Shown piece by piece: positions 1 through 9,764 of a stretch of 64,000 bases of DNA. A program made the position numbers and the translations under genes. Position 1 is the stretch's first letter. Each line of letters begins with the position of its first letter. This stretch comes from Candidatus Magasanikiibacteriota bacterium (GTDB taxonomy: Bacteria; Patescibacteriota; Patescibacteriia; Magasanikbacterales; UBA922). The stretch lies in NCBI GenBank assembly GCA_043809645.1, contig JBDROX010000036.1, positions 1,713-65,712 of the forward strand. Direction: 5' to 3'. The notes under the pieces were generated by a model. That model was not told the DNA's origin and made no database searches. It saw nothing but the letters and a program-made list of their open reading frames with translations.

Positions 1-1472
1 AGCAGTTCTGTGAGTGTATCCTGAAAGAGTTTATGATATTCCTTTTCAGTAAGTTTGTCTCTGTGGAAATCAAAATCTACGCATATGGTGATTGTATTCC
101 CTTCAACTTTTAGTAACTTCGACATTTTCAGGATGAATGTTACGGAAGTACTCTGCTTCTCTATAGTCGATAGGAATTCTTGCCAGATGTTCTGAACTTC
201 TTCTAGAGTAAATTTGGCATCTTTTGTAACAATTTGTTTTACCTTTTCCTTAATACCGCCTCTTCTTTTCAGAGGTTCCGGTGTTTCTTCTTTTGGTTCC
301 TTAGTTGTCTCAATATTTGCTAGAGGTTGGTTTGAGCCGTTATCATCAGAGTCATCGTGTGCTTTCGTTTCTTTTGAGACAGATTGTTGACACCAACCAA
401 CGACAGCGATCTCCAGAGGAAGGGAATCTATTGGAGATGACTTTATTTCTGTTCTTCTCTTCATGACAAGATCAATAAGTCTAGAGATTTCATGAGCGTT
501 GTGATTTTGTAATAGACCCTCTAGCTCTTTTTGGACATCCTTACTAATATCAGCGCCTATCCCACCTCCAACTTCAGATCCGAATGACATGATAAGCATG
601 AATCTGAGCAGTTCAATAACTTCATATGAGAAATCAAACATCTGTACGCCAGCTTCTCCAAGTCCTGATAGGAGTTCTATGGCATCCTTTGCTTTTTTCT
701 CTAGTAGGAAAGTAACGAACTGAACAGTTTGTTCAGCGTTGGTGTTTGGAAGGACAATAGAAGCCTTCTCTGCAGTGATATGTTTCTCTCCACTGGCAAG
801 GAGCTGATCGAGGAGGCTAATAGCATCACGGGCGCAGCCATCACTTTTGTTTATAATTCTATCAATGACATCTTGATCTACTTTTACAGACTGATCCTTT
901 ATAATTTTCTTGAGGTGCTCATTCATATCATCATACGGAATTCGCTTGAAAGAGAAGACCTGACAGCGTGAAACAATGGTATCTAGTAACTTGTGTTTTT
1001 CAGTAGTAGCCAATACAAAGACCACATATGAAGGTGGCTCCTCCAGAATTTTGAGAAGTGCATTGAATGCACTCACAGAGAGCATGTGCACCTCGTCTAT
1101 GATGAAGATTTTCTTTTTGGACTTGGTTGGCTGGAACTGAGCATTCTCGATAATATTCTCACGAACATTGTCTACGCCGGTATGACTCGCAGCATCTATC
1201 TCTATCACATCTATTGATCGTGTCTCAGTAATTTCATTGCATGAGCCGCAGTTGTTACATGGTTCAGCCTTCCCATCCTCACGATTTGTGCAGTTCAGTG
1301 CCTTGGCAATGAGTCTGGCACTTGTAGTCTTTCCAACCCCTCGTGGACCACAAAAAAGGTATGCATGTGTTACCTTATCCTTGGAAATTTGATTCGTAAG
1401 TGTTTGTTTGATGTGTTCTTGTCCAACAATATCCTCAAAAGTCTGTGGTCTATAGGTGTGATACAGTGCCAT
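1..1472 (-). CDS. dnaX: DNA polymerase III subunit gamma/tau, 3' part of gene (runs off window start)
   Basis: My own translation of the minus strand from the ATG at 1470-1472 gives MALYHTYRPQTFEDIVGQEHI...GPRGVGKTTSARLIAKALNC...IFIIDEVHMLS (Walker A/B, clamp-loader family); not in the ORF track because it is open to the window edge. Confidence 0.85.
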   Translation of the reverse strand, partial: MALYHTYRPQTFEDIVGQEHIKQTLTNQISKDKVTHAYLFCGPRGVGKTTSARLIAKALNCTNREDGKAEPCNNCGSCNEITETRSIDVIEIDAASHTGVDNVRENIIENAQFQPTKSKKKIFIIDEVHMLSVSAFNALLKILEEPPSYVVFVLATTEKHKLLDTIVSRCQVFSFKRIPYDDMNEHLKKIIKDQSVKVDQDVIDRIINKSDGCARDAISLLDQLLASGEKHITAEKASIVLPNTNAEQTVQFVTFLLEKKAKDAIELLSGLGEAGVQMFDFSYEVIELLRFMLIMSFGSEVGGGIGADISKDVQKELEGLLQNHNAHEISRLIDLVMKRRTEIKSSPIDSLPLEIAVVGWCQQSVSKETKAHDDSDDNGSNQPLANIETTKEPKEETPEPLKRRGGIKEKVKQIVTKDAKFTLEEVQNIWQEFLSTIEKQSTSVTFILKMSKLLKVEGNTITICVDFDFHRDKLTEKEYHKLFQDTLTEL

Positions 1473-1563
1473 AGGAAGATTTTCAGTCGAAAAATTTATT
1501 ATGATTTGAACCAATTATAGCGTACATTTTCCCTAAAGTAAATTGACTTTCCTGGTGCTACTA

Positions 1564-1592
1564 TTGCTTTTCCCCTCTAAGGGTGCTATACT
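1564..1592 (+). promoter_or_regulatory. sigma70-like promoter (TTGCTT-17-TGcTATACT) upstream of the SWIB gene
   Basis: -35 ttgctt 1564-1569, 17-nt spacer, extended -10 tgctatact ending 1592. Confidence 0.4.
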
Positions 1593-1692
1593 GTGGATAG
1601 TTTAAAGGTCAGTCAATTCTATAGGAACATTCTTATTTACTACTTCTGCCCACATACCCAACGGGTAACGGGCGGATAAAACTTAATTTGCT

Positions 1693-1956
1693 ATGCCTAG
1701 AAAAGCAAATCCAGCGCTCATGAAGCCCCTAAAGCTCTCTGCAGAGCTTGAGGAAGTAGTTGGAAAAGGACCATTGCCACGTGGACAAGTTGTCAAGAAA
1801 CTTTGGGAGTACATCAAGAAATATGATCTCCAGAACCCAAAGAACAAGCGAAATATTCTCGCTGATGAGAAGCTAAAAGTTCTCTTTGGTGGAAAGAAAG
1901 AAGTCACTATGTTCGAGATGACGAAGCTCGTCTCTCCACATATGACCAATGAATAG
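1693..1956 (+). CDS. SWIB/MDM2 domain protein
   Basis: 87 aa; PLKLSAELEEVVGKGPLPRGQVVKKLWEYIKKYDLQNP...EMTKLV is typical of the bacterial SWIB domain. Confidence 0.7.
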   Translation: MPRKANPALMKPLKLSAELEEVVGKGPLPRGQVVKKLWEYIKKYDLQNPKNKRNILADEKLKVLFGGKKEVTMFEMTKLVSPHMTNE

Positions 1957-2003
1957 AAAAGAACAGAAATAAAAAAAACACCTCCATTTGGGATGTGTTT
2001 TTT

Positions 2004-3611
2004 TTATTTCACGCGAATAATGATATATCCATCATTTTCAAAAACTATTTCAAAGTCATTGGGCCTATGGGAGACAAAGTTTCTGAAATTTTCTGAAAGT
2101 GGACTAGTCTTCGAACTGAAGATATAGTCTGATTCAAAAATATTGTGCACAGCATGCTGTACAGCGTTAATCTGGTGCATTGTGCTTAGATCCATGCAAG
2201 CCTCTCTCTGGGGGCAATATAGGCCTCTGAGGATCAGATTATACCAGGTCCAGTAGAGATGCTGGTCATAGTTGTACATGAATACAGGATCAAATCCAGC
2301 AATATATTGAATGTCACTATTTTCAAAGAATAGGGGAGCAAAGGAACTCCAGTTCGTAAGGAAAACAGTCTTTCCTTTTGATACAATACTACTCAGCTCA
2401 TCAGTGGCCTCATAAAACTCCTTTTTCTTTTCTAGATCACCAACGGCAATGTTGTTATAAAATATGACAAGGTTTTTACTACAGAAAAAAGTAAGAATCG
2501 CCAAAATGAGAAGAGTAGGTATATTTTTTCTTCTCTTGCTTTGATTATTGATAACCTTAAATACATCATATTTTGATGCCTGCACAAACACATATACAGA
2601 AAGAAGAAATGTCATTGGTACCCAATATTCCACCATACGAGGAACTAACACTGTGGCTACAAGTGATAAAGAGCAGAACGTGAGTAAAACAAATGAATCC
2701 CCATCCAATTTTTTTTCTGAATGAAGGTAAAGAGCCAGAGAGGAGAAAAAAAGGAAAAGAGTAACTGTAATAATATTTCCAAGCATGATAGTAGAGAAGC
2801 TCATGGTTGCCAGTTCAGATCCACTGGGGAGAGTTATGCCGGCAAGTTTCAAATAGAAGATCTCGAATGTATGGACGAGGATAACGTGAGTATATCCAAT
2901 AGTTTGTGGATGCAGAATGAGTCCAAGGAGAACGCCACCAAATACTGATATGATGGGTCTCAGATCAACTATCTTCTTTTCATAATATATCGATATGCTA
3001 AAGAGAAGTGAAAGAAGGAGAAATGGCGCAATGAAGTTGTACATGAGGATGTAGAGCACCGAGAAGAAGAATGCCCAAACATACCTTTTCTTTGAAAGCA
3101 AGTAGAATCCTGCAATCATGAGAGCTATAGATATGACAAATGGTCTACCCAGAAGAATACGGAATGAGAAGATTGTGGATGATAGAAAAAAAAGAAGAGT
3201 TAAAAGAAAATTATGCTCCTTTAGTTTTTTCCACGCTATGAGATAGAAGAAAAGGAAAATAAGAGTAGCCTGAAGTGCACTTACAAGCTTGAGTGAGTTA
3301 ACTGGCCCTAGAAATCTATTTACTTGTCCTGTGATGAAGTGGTGGAGTACATACGGGTCTGCTGGTAGAGTGCTAAAGAAGTGGAATGCAATCCATGGTT
3401 TCACTACAGAAAACTTTCCACTCTCATACACTATTTGGCTATGTTTCGCATGATAGTATGCGTCCGAGCCATAGAGGCCCTCGTGAGCAAACTGTGCATA
3501 CCCAAAGATAGTGCAAAAAAAGAAAAACACCAATAGTGCTCGTACCAATGGTGATTTAAAGACTTTTTTAATTTTGACAGGCAGAAATATAGTGAAGAAT
3601 TGCCTAATCAT
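2004..3611 (-). CDS. large polytopic integral membrane protein (about 12 TM helices plus C-terminal soluble domain); GT-C-like or VirB6-like candidate
   Basis: 535 aa, many hydrophobic helices, first loop motif SDAYYHAK, about 150-aa C-terminal soluble domain; overlaps the next gene by 4 nt (operon). Confidence 0.4.
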   Translation of the reverse strand: MIRQFFTIFLPVKIKKVFKSPLVRALLVFFFFCTIFGYAQFAHEGLYGSDAYYHAKHSQIVYESGKFSVVKPWIAFHFFSTLPADPYVLHHFITGQVNRFLGPVNSLKLVSALQATLIFLFFYLIAWKKLKEHNFLLTLLFFLSSTIFSFRILLGRPFVISIALMIAGFYLLSKKRYVWAFFFSVLYILMYNFIAPFLLLSLLFSISIYYEKKIVDLRPIISVFGGVLLGLILHPQTIGYTHVILVHTFEIFYLKLAGITLPSGSELATMSFSTIMLGNIITVTLFLFFSSLALYLHSEKKLDGDSFVLLTFCSLSLVATVLVPRMVEYWVPMTFLLSVYVFVQASKYDVFKVINNQSKRRKNIPTLLILAILTFFCSKNLVIFYNNIAVGDLEKKKEFYEATDELSSIVSKGKTVFLTNWSSFAPLFFENSDIQYIAGFDPVFMYNYDQHLYWTWYNLILRGLYCPQREACMDLSTMHQINAVQHAVHNIFESDYIFSSKTSPLSENFRNFVSHRPNDFEIVFENDGYIIIRVK

Positions 3612-4291
3612 GCTTTGTGGATAATATTTTCTACAGCACCCCAGCTGCTCTCGCCAGTTTCTGGAATGAGAATAACAACATCATCTCCAGCATTTCCTTT
3701 ATAAAATGTTGCAGATGCTGTCAGGATCTTGTATGGTCTTCCTCCAAAAATAACAGACCAATTTCCGTTCTCATCAGAGACGAGCTCTCCTGTTACACGT
3801 TTTCTGTTTACCTGTTGGATTTGTTTATAGATAAATGAACCTCTATTTGTAATAGTGAGCTTCATGATGTCTCCCTCAACCAGCTTTGATTTACTTGCGT
3901 AGTTCGGTGGAACACTGTATTCCTCTCCATCTTGACCGATCATCTTCTCTCCGGTGAAGACGCCTTCGACAATACGTTCACCACTATCAAAAACTGAGGT
4001 TTCGGGTTGGTCACCAACCATCTTTCTCACTTTCTCACCACCTACAATTCGAAGGAGAGAATCTAGTTGATCCTTGATGCACAGAATACTTTTCTTCACT
4101 TCATCGAGGTCTACATCTTTTTCACTTACTTTTTCTTCTATTGATTCTCGTGTGTTGCCAAGGGTCAGAGGGTTCAGATTTAGACTGTCTTCGTCTAATT
4201 CTGAATTTTGAGTTGGTGGAAAAGTTGGAATATGTTTTCCTTTGAATAGGTCTTTTGCTTTGTCGTCAAGTACGCTATTGATATTGTCCAT
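3608..4291 (-). CDS. hypothetical soluble protein, acidic N-terminus, in operon with the VirB4-like ATPase
   Basis: 227 aa ORF, no TM helix, translationally coupled to the downstream membrane protein gene. Confidence 0.4.
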   Translation of the reverse strand: MDNINSVLDDKAKDLFKGKHIPTFPPTQNSELDEDSLNLNPLTLGNTRESIEEKVSEKDVDLDEVKKSILCIKDQLDSLLRIVGGEKVRKMVGDQPETSVFDSGERIVEGVFTGEKMIGQDGEEYSVPPNYASKSKLVEGDIMKLTITNRGSFIYKQIQQVNRKRVTGELVSDENGNWSVIFGGRPYKILTASATFYKGNAGDDVVILIPETGESSWGAVENIIHKA

Positions 4292-4331
4292 ACACTTTTC
4301 TGTTTATATTTGTTATTTGTTTGTATATTCC

Positions 4332-6899
4332 CTAAAGACTTGCTTCTATAGAGTCAGTATCTGCTTGTCCTTCTGACTCACCAAGCTTTGTCCTTTCCAT
4401 AATCTCTGACTCTACGATCATTTGGTCACGCCCATACTTGAGTCTGGAGAGCTGCTTAATGGCATTTCCAAGTTCTTTATTTCCTTGCATTGGTGGAAAT
4501 GTCTGCATGAGGAATGGTTTTGAAGCAGTATTATCAATTAGGAGTTTTGTATACCAGGAGAACATTGGGGCATTGAGTAGGTCGTACGCACCAAATGTTG
4601 GTGCAAACTCCTTTGCAAGAACCTCTGAATCATCTGGTCCAATGCGGGCAGAGAACATAGTACCAGCATTACCGAGGACTGCGTCACGGATACCAGACCT
4701 TCCTTTGTCGTCTGTCAGCTGACCCATGTATTGATGGGCAATGATAAGGTCTAGCTTATATTTTCGAGCCTCAGATAGGATAGTTGAGATAGAGTCAGTA
4801 ACAAAGTTCTGGAACTCATCTATATAGAGATAAAAATCTTTTCTATCTTCTTCTTCCTGATCAGCCCTAGCAAGGGCCGCCATCTGAAGCTTGGAAACAA
4901 TAATGAGTCCGAGTAGTTTGGCATTTACCTCACCTGTTTTTCCTTTTGCAAGATTCACGAGAAGTATCTTTTGATTATCCATAATATCACGGAAATCAAA
5001 ACCTGACTTTTGCTGACCCATGATGTTTCTCATCATTTCATTCTCTACGAAACGACCAACCTTGGAAATAAGGTAGCCAAGCATTTCTGATTTATGAAAG
5101 TCACTTGTTTTTGCCATTTCCTTCTCCCAGAATGCTCGGACGACTGGGTCTTTTAATTTTTTCAAATAGACTTTTACATAGTCATCATCTGTGAACATGC
5201 GTGGAATATCAATGATAGTCCCTGGGTTATCCAGGTCGGCCATGAGTGTGAGCATCACATTACGCATATTGTGCTCGAACATTGGTCCGATCATTTCCGG
5301 TGGAAAGAGTTTGTAGAAAATTGAGATCATCTCCTGAACCGCGAAGTCTTTCTGATCCTCACTCTTCGCCTCTAACATATTGAGACCAATAGGACGTTCT
5401 GTATCAGACGGATCGAAGATCACAACATCGTCAGCACGTTCTTTTGGTATATGACTGAGGATATACTCAACGAGGTCTCCGTGTGGGTCGATAACACAAA
5501 CTCCTTTTCCTTCATGAATATCCTGGATAGCCATTCTAGATACGAAGACAGACTTACCACCACCAGACTTACCAATAATGTACATGTGTCGCCTCCTGTC
5601 TCCTTCCTTCATGAAAACATTTGTTTTTGAACCCCTATAATCAACATATCCGAGGAGGAGGCCTTCTTTTGGAAGGTTTGATGGGGGTGGGGCTTTTCTT
5701 CCTGTGAGCCATTTGACGTTTGGTGCTTCTGTAGAATGGAGCGGAAGGTGCCAGAATGAGGCCATTTCATCTGTTGTCAGTAGGATCTTTCTCTTCTCAT
5801 CAAAACTCCTGTAGATGAAGTGGCGGATAAGACCAGTTTGCTTTTTTGGAACAATGGCTTGAAAACTATTTCCATATCGATACAGATTGTACTGCCCGAA
5901 GGAGCCTATGAGGTCATCTAGATGGAGCCTGGCAGCCTCTTCCTGATCAGCAACACTCAGAAGTCTAATAGTCACATCCATGCCACCACGACTCAGCTTT
6001 TCCTCAAATCCCTTTAGCATTTCTTCTTCCATACCCGAGAGCTGGTATGGTGTGCCATCTTTTCTTTTCTCAGGATTTTGGAGCGTTTCAGTGAATTCTT
6101 TTGATCCTTTTTGGAAAGCTCTCCCAAATGCACTTCTCTTTGCAATTTGCTCGAACTTCTCACCTTTTTTTATATCACGAACCATCGTTACACCCTGCTT
6201 TCTCCAAGTCTTCACTGCACTTCTGATCACGAACTGTATTGCCATGGAGCTGTTATTGTCCTGATATTTTGATAAGACATTTAGAATGGAAGCTAATGGG
6301 TCTGATTCCATTATTTTGTATGATTTGAAAGGGAAGACACCTTTTTGCTGGGTAGTAAGGTAGGCGCCAACAATTTTACTTTTTTCAGAAAAAATATTGT
6401 AATCCTGAATCTGGTCGATCTGTGCGTGTGGATGCTGTGCATTGATCTGCTGTTCCATGAACGATCGCATCTTATTCGGGATGTCTATGTAGAAATAGAT
6501 CAGACCACCTGTAGCAACTATTTCAAAAGACATGTGGTCATTTCTACCACCAAACCATCTTGAAAATCCTTTTTGTGCTCGGAGGGCTGCTACTGCAGAG
6601 AACAGCGTCTCTGTCATTCCTATTTCCTCCTTTATCTGCTCGAGTCTGTCATCTGTGCTTGCCTGTCCACCGGCTCCTTCTGACTTTCTCTCCTTTGGAA
6701 CGAGGATTTGGAGTACAGACCTGCCAAAGGCTTTGTTTGCTTTTCCACGGTTCTGAATGAGTGTTCGAACCAGGAGGAGTATCGCAAAAACAGTAAAGAC
6801 AATGATGAGAACAATGACAATCCAAAAAAGAAGATTCCCAATTCCAGAGGAATTTAAAAGGTTTGTTTGATTGAAACCAACAAAGAATTGGAAAAACAT
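4332..6899 (-). CDS. VirB4/TrbE/TraC-family type IV secretion-type P-loop ATPase with N-terminal TM helix (VirB3-VirB4-fusion-like layout)
   Basis: 855 aa; N-terminal TM; Walker A YIIGKSGGGKS near residue 445; IDPHGD; Walker B LYIDEFQNF; ARKYKLDLIIAHQYMGQL (the RK...Q motif of T4SS ATPases, AAA_10 / CagE_TrbE_VirB type). Confidence 0.55.
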   Translation of the reverse strand: MFFQFFVGFNQTNLLNSSGIGNLLFWIVIVLIIVFTVFAILLLVRTLIQNRGKANKAFGRSVLQILVPKERKSEGAGGQASTDDRLEQIKEEIGMTETLFSAVAALRAQKGFSRWFGGRNDHMSFEIVATGGLIYFYIDIPNKMRSFMEQQINAQHPHAQIDQIQDYNIFSEKSKIVGAYLTTQQKGVFPFKSYKIMESDPLASILNVLSKYQDNNSSMAIQFVIRSAVKTWRKQGVTMVRDIKKGEKFEQIAKRSAFGRAFQKGSKEFTETLQNPEKRKDGTPYQLSGMEEEMLKGFEEKLSRGGMDVTIRLLSVADQEEAARLHLDDLIGSFGQYNLYRYGNSFQAIVPKKQTGLIRHFIYRSFDEKRKILLTTDEMASFWHLPLHSTEAPNVKWLTGRKAPPPSNLPKEGLLLGYVDYRGSKTNVFMKEGDRRRHMYIIGKSGGGKSVFVSRMAIQDIHEGKGVCVIDPHGDLVEYILSHIPKERADDVVIFDPSDTERPIGLNMLEAKSEDQKDFAVQEMISIFYKLFPPEMIGPMFEHNMRNVMLTLMADLDNPGTIIDIPRMFTDDDYVKVYLKKLKDPVVRAFWEKEMAKTSDFHKSEMLGYLISKVGRFVENEMMRNIMGQQKSGFDFRDIMDNQKILLVNLAKGKTGEVNAKLLGLIIVSKLQMAALARADQEEEDRKDFYLYIDEFQNFVTDSISTILSEARKYKLDLIIAHQYMGQLTDDKGRSGIRDAVLGNAGTMFSARIGPDDSEVLAKEFAPTFGAYDLLNAPMFSWYTKLLIDNTASKPFLMQTFPPMQGNKELGNAIKQLSRLKYGRDQMIVESEIMERTKLGESEGQADTDSIEASL

Positions 6900-6914
6900 A
6901 TGTAAAAAAATCAG

Positions 6915-7502
6915 TTACTTCTTTGGGAAGTACTGATTTTTGAGTGACATAATCTTGTCTGCACGTATCTTCGCTTCTTGTTCTAAGAAAAATATATTAA
7001 TACCTGGCAAAATTTTCAGCCATTCCAGGAGGAGTTTAAAAATACTTTTTACCTTACCCTTCGCAGAACTCAAAATGGCTCGAATTTTGAAAGCCGTTTC
7101 TTCACCTTTTATCTTGAATTCTTGTTGCTGCACTGGTGTGAGTTCCTTGAATGCATCAGCGAGACCATCTTCCATAATTTTCTCAACTTTCATTGTGATC
7201 TCATCTCTAACCTGAGGAACAGCTGTAAGTTTTTTCTTTTTTGTCCGTCTCAATTTCTTTCTCAGAGAATCAATTCCTTGGTCTATAGTTTCAACTTTTT
7301 GTACAGAAGGATCTATTTCTGGGGAGACTTCTGGAACTCTTTGTACTTCTGGTCGTGAAATTTCTGGTATTGTTTCTGAAAGTGGCAGGGTAGTTTCTGA
7401 TATTGGAGATATTAGAGGAGGAACAGCTTCTACTGGGGCTGCCTGAGATGTGTTAAAGTCAAGAACCGGAATCTCTTTTGGGTTTGGGTTTGTTGTAGCC
7501 AT
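6915..7502 (-). CDS. hypothetical protein, Pro/Glu-rich N-terminus, coiled-coil, C-terminal hydrophobic segment
   Basis: 195 aa ORF immediately upstream of the ATPase gene (16-nt gap). Confidence 0.4.
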   Translation of the reverse strand: MATTNPNPKEIPVLDFNTSQAAPVEAVPPLISPISETTLPLSETIPEISRPEVQRVPEVSPEIDPSVQKVETIDQGIDSLRKKLRRTKKKKLTAVPQVRDEITMKVEKIMEDGLADAFKELTPVQQQEFKIKGEETAFKIRAILSSAKGKVKSIFKLLLEWLKILPGINIFFLEQEAKIRADKIMSLKNQYFPKK

Positions 7503-7693
7503 AAGTCACGATGTACAAATCACAAGACACATATCAAAATTAATACAGCATATTGGAGGCATATATTTGATATGTGGAGTGTATTACGTGTTATATAGAA
7601 TAGTATACCAGAAGCAAAGAAAATTGACTATAAGTTTAGTAGAAGTAGTGAAAAATTAAACAGCATTGTGAAACGTACACATGCAATATAATG

Positions 7694-8548
7694 TTACTTT
7701 TCAAAAAAGATGGGAATTTCCAGTGCATCATCATATTTTGGAAGGTCAGATGGATTATCTTTCTGTAGAATAAGTGTTCCACGGTCGTAGAGTGCTGGCA
7801 CCTCGAAATGAAGTTCCCCCTTGAACGGAACGAATTCTTCTGTCATCCATTCATCCTGCGCAGTAATATACCCTTCTGCAATGATTTTACCATCCCAGTC
7901 TGTGAGAATGACAGGTGCATCACCCTCGAAATACCATACTCCTCTGGCTTGTCCAGTGATCTGAAGAGGGCTCGAAATCCCAGTGTTTGGTCGTGGAGAA
8001 TCAATTCGTATACTATCAGCTTTTTCAAGCTCATTTCCAATATTTTCTGTAAATGTTTCCCTACCATGACTACAGCTTCTCGGATAGCTTTCCATGATTG
8101 GATTTTCAGCCTCAACGCAGTCAGAGAATGTTAAAATAGTGGAAGAATCATCTGAGTCAATACTACTTTGAATCAAGTTTTTTGAGAGAAAAAAGAAAAC
8201 AACAATTCCCAGAATAAATAGGCCGAGAAGTACTAGCATCATTTTTTTCTTCAAGTCAATCTCTTTTTTTGTCATCGACCTGAGGTCTTTCTCATGTTTT
8301 TTCTCCAGAGATGCTCCCAAAGCAACGCCGATCGGTAATCCAAGAGCTGGACCTAGGGCAATATTACCAATTGCAATGCCAAAAGGTATGCCAATTGCAA
8401 TGCCAATTGCAATGCCAAGGCTCATGTAGTGACCTTTTGGATGTTTTCCTGTCCTCTTAAATTCCTCCTGTTTTATTTTGAATGCTGGTATAGATACTAT
8501 TCCAATAATAATTATCATTGCGAGAATGAGTAACTGCGCTGTATACAT
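7694..8548 (-). CDS. membrane-anchored protein with Gly-rich TM region and C-terminal Gmad2-like immunoglobulin-like domain
   Basis: 284 aa; GIAIGIAIGIPFGIAIGN repeats; CVEAENPIMESYPRSC motif; SPRPNTGISSPLQITGQARGVWYFEGDAPVILTDWDGKIIAEG...WMTEEFVPFKG matches the Gmad2 Ig-like fold. Confidence 0.55.
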   Translation of the reverse strand: MYTAQLLILAMIIIIGIVSIPAFKIKQEEFKRTGKHPKGHYMSLGIAIGIAIGIPFGIAIGNIALGPALGLPIGVALGASLEKKHEKDLRSMTKKEIDLKKKMMLVLLGLFILGIVVFFFLSKNLIQSSIDSDDSSTILTFSDCVEAENPIMESYPRSCSHGRETFTENIGNELEKADSIRIDSPRPNTGISSPLQITGQARGVWYFEGDAPVILTDWDGKIIAEGYITAQDEWMTEEFVPFKGELHFEVPALYDRGTLILQKDNPSDLPKYDDALEIPIFFEK

Positions 8549-8557
8549 ACTGTTTAC

Positions 8558-9037
8558 TTATTGGATAATAATATTAGTGCTACCTGGAAGTCGCTCTCTA
8601 ATAATCTTGAGATCCTGCTCTGAATATGGATTGCCAGAGAGGCGAAGCCATTTCAATTTTTTTAGATTTCCGATCTCATGTGGAAGTCCTGTAATTCCGT
8701 TGTTTGAGAGGTCGAGGAGTTCGAGATCTTCTAGCTGTCCAACTTCTGCCGGGACGCCTGTCATAATATTGTCACTCAGATCAAGAACTTTTAGGTTTTT
8801 AAGCTTATTAATTTCTGCTGGGATGGCACCGCCAATTTCATTTCCAGAAAGGTCAAGCTCTTCAAGCTTTTTATTCTTGAAAACATCGGCAGGGATTTCT
8901 TTTAGTTCCTGATTGCTGAGATCAAGTTTGAGGCTATTTGCAATTTCGACATCTCCGTCTGTTTCAGCAGTATCATTCAGACTACAGCCAGTGAATAGGA
9001 CGGTGATAGCGATGAGAGGGAGGAGGTATTTTTTCAT
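8558..9037 (-). CDS. leucine-rich-repeat lipoprotein
   Basis: Start chosen at MKKYLLPLIAITVLFTGCS (lipobox LFTGC); at least five LxxLxLSxNxIxGxxP LRR units. Confidence 0.65.
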   Translation of the reverse strand: MKKYLLPLIAITVLFTGCSLNDTAETDGDVEIANSLKLDLSNQELKEIPADVFKNKKLEELDLSGNEIGGAIPAEINKLKNLKVLDLSDNIMTGVPAEVGQLEDLELLDLSNNGITGLPHEIGNLKKLKWLRLSGNPYSEQDLKIIRERLPGSTNIIIQ

Positions 9038-9047
9038 ATATTTTTTA

Positions 9048-9251
9048 TTACGATTTTGGTACGATGCGAGCGAAATACATGCCAAGGAGTACAAGTACCG
9101 TACCAATATACACAACATAATTTGACACTGTATATGATTTTGTTATTATCGAGCCAAGACGGTAAAGAAGGAGAGCAAGACCAATAATAAAAAGGGCAAT
9201 ACCAACTTTTTTAAATTTTACGGGTACGAAACCTGTCGGCTCATTTGGCAT
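9048..9251 (-). CDS. small two-TM membrane protein (VirB2/VirB3-like size class; function unknown)
   Basis: 67 aa, two hydrophobic helices. Confidence 0.35.
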   Translation of the reverse strand: MPNEPTGFVPVKFKKVGIALFIIGLALLLYRLGSIITKSYTVSNYVVYIGTVLVLLGMYFARIVPKS

Positions 9252-9262
9252 ATGAGAAGGTG

Positions 9263-9493
9263 TTACGAATCTTTTTTAAGCAATAAATAGACTCCATAGG
9301 GGAAGAGGGTGAATATGCCAAGAACACCAATAAGACCAACAAAGCCAAGGATAATATTTATCACATGACTAAATGTCGCTACCTCCGGCTCTCTTCCAGT
9401 GATAACATTTGAAATAGAGAATATAACAAGGGATCCAATAATAAGGATGAATGGAAGAGAGATAAAGAGTGGTCCTTTAGTTGTTTTTTTCAT
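9263..9493 (-). CDS. small two-TM membrane protein (VirB2/VirB3-like size class; function unknown)
   Basis: 76 aa, two hydrophobic helices, stop adjacent to the DUF2164 gene. Confidence 0.4.
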   Translation of the reverse strand: MKKTTKGPLFISLPFILIIGSLVIFSISNVITGREPEVATFSHVINIILGFVGLIGVLGIFTLFPYGVYLLLKKDS

Positions 9494-9748
9494 CTATTTT
9501 TGTTTCAAAAGATCTAAATCAATTTCAATATCATCGGAGTGCTGGCGGAGTGCGGCAGATGCATTATCTATACCTTCATTATAGATGTGCTCTCCAATAT
9601 TGTCTAGGAAAAAATCTAGAATTTCTTCAGCAGCGATCACACCGATCTGCTCATCTCGCTCATTATCAAAAAAACTAATAATTTTTTCTATAGAAGTTTC
9701 TCTTTTATCTTTTGGAAGAAAATCCCATTTTCGTTTGATTTCGTCCAT
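9494..9748 (-). CDS. DUF2164-family small protein
   Basis: 84 aa; FFDNERDEQIGVIAAEEILDFFLDNIGEHIYNEGIDNA resembles the DUF2164 consensus. Confidence 0.45.
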   Translation of the reverse strand: MDEIKRKWDFLPKDKRETSIEKIISFFDNERDEQIGVIAAEEILDFFLDNIGEHIYNEGIDNASAALRQHSDDIEIDLDLLKQK

Positions 9749-9764
9749 ATGTGTCGGAAGTTTT

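Noticed and set aside
2004-3611. Calling the 535-aa membrane protein an oligosaccharyltransferase (STT3/PglB) or definitively VirB6
   Set aside because: The first-loop motif SDAYYHAK is only vaguely reminiscent of GT-C enzymes. There is no WWDYG motif, and the TM count exceeds typical VirB6. It is left as an unassigned polytopic membrane protein with both hypotheses noted.
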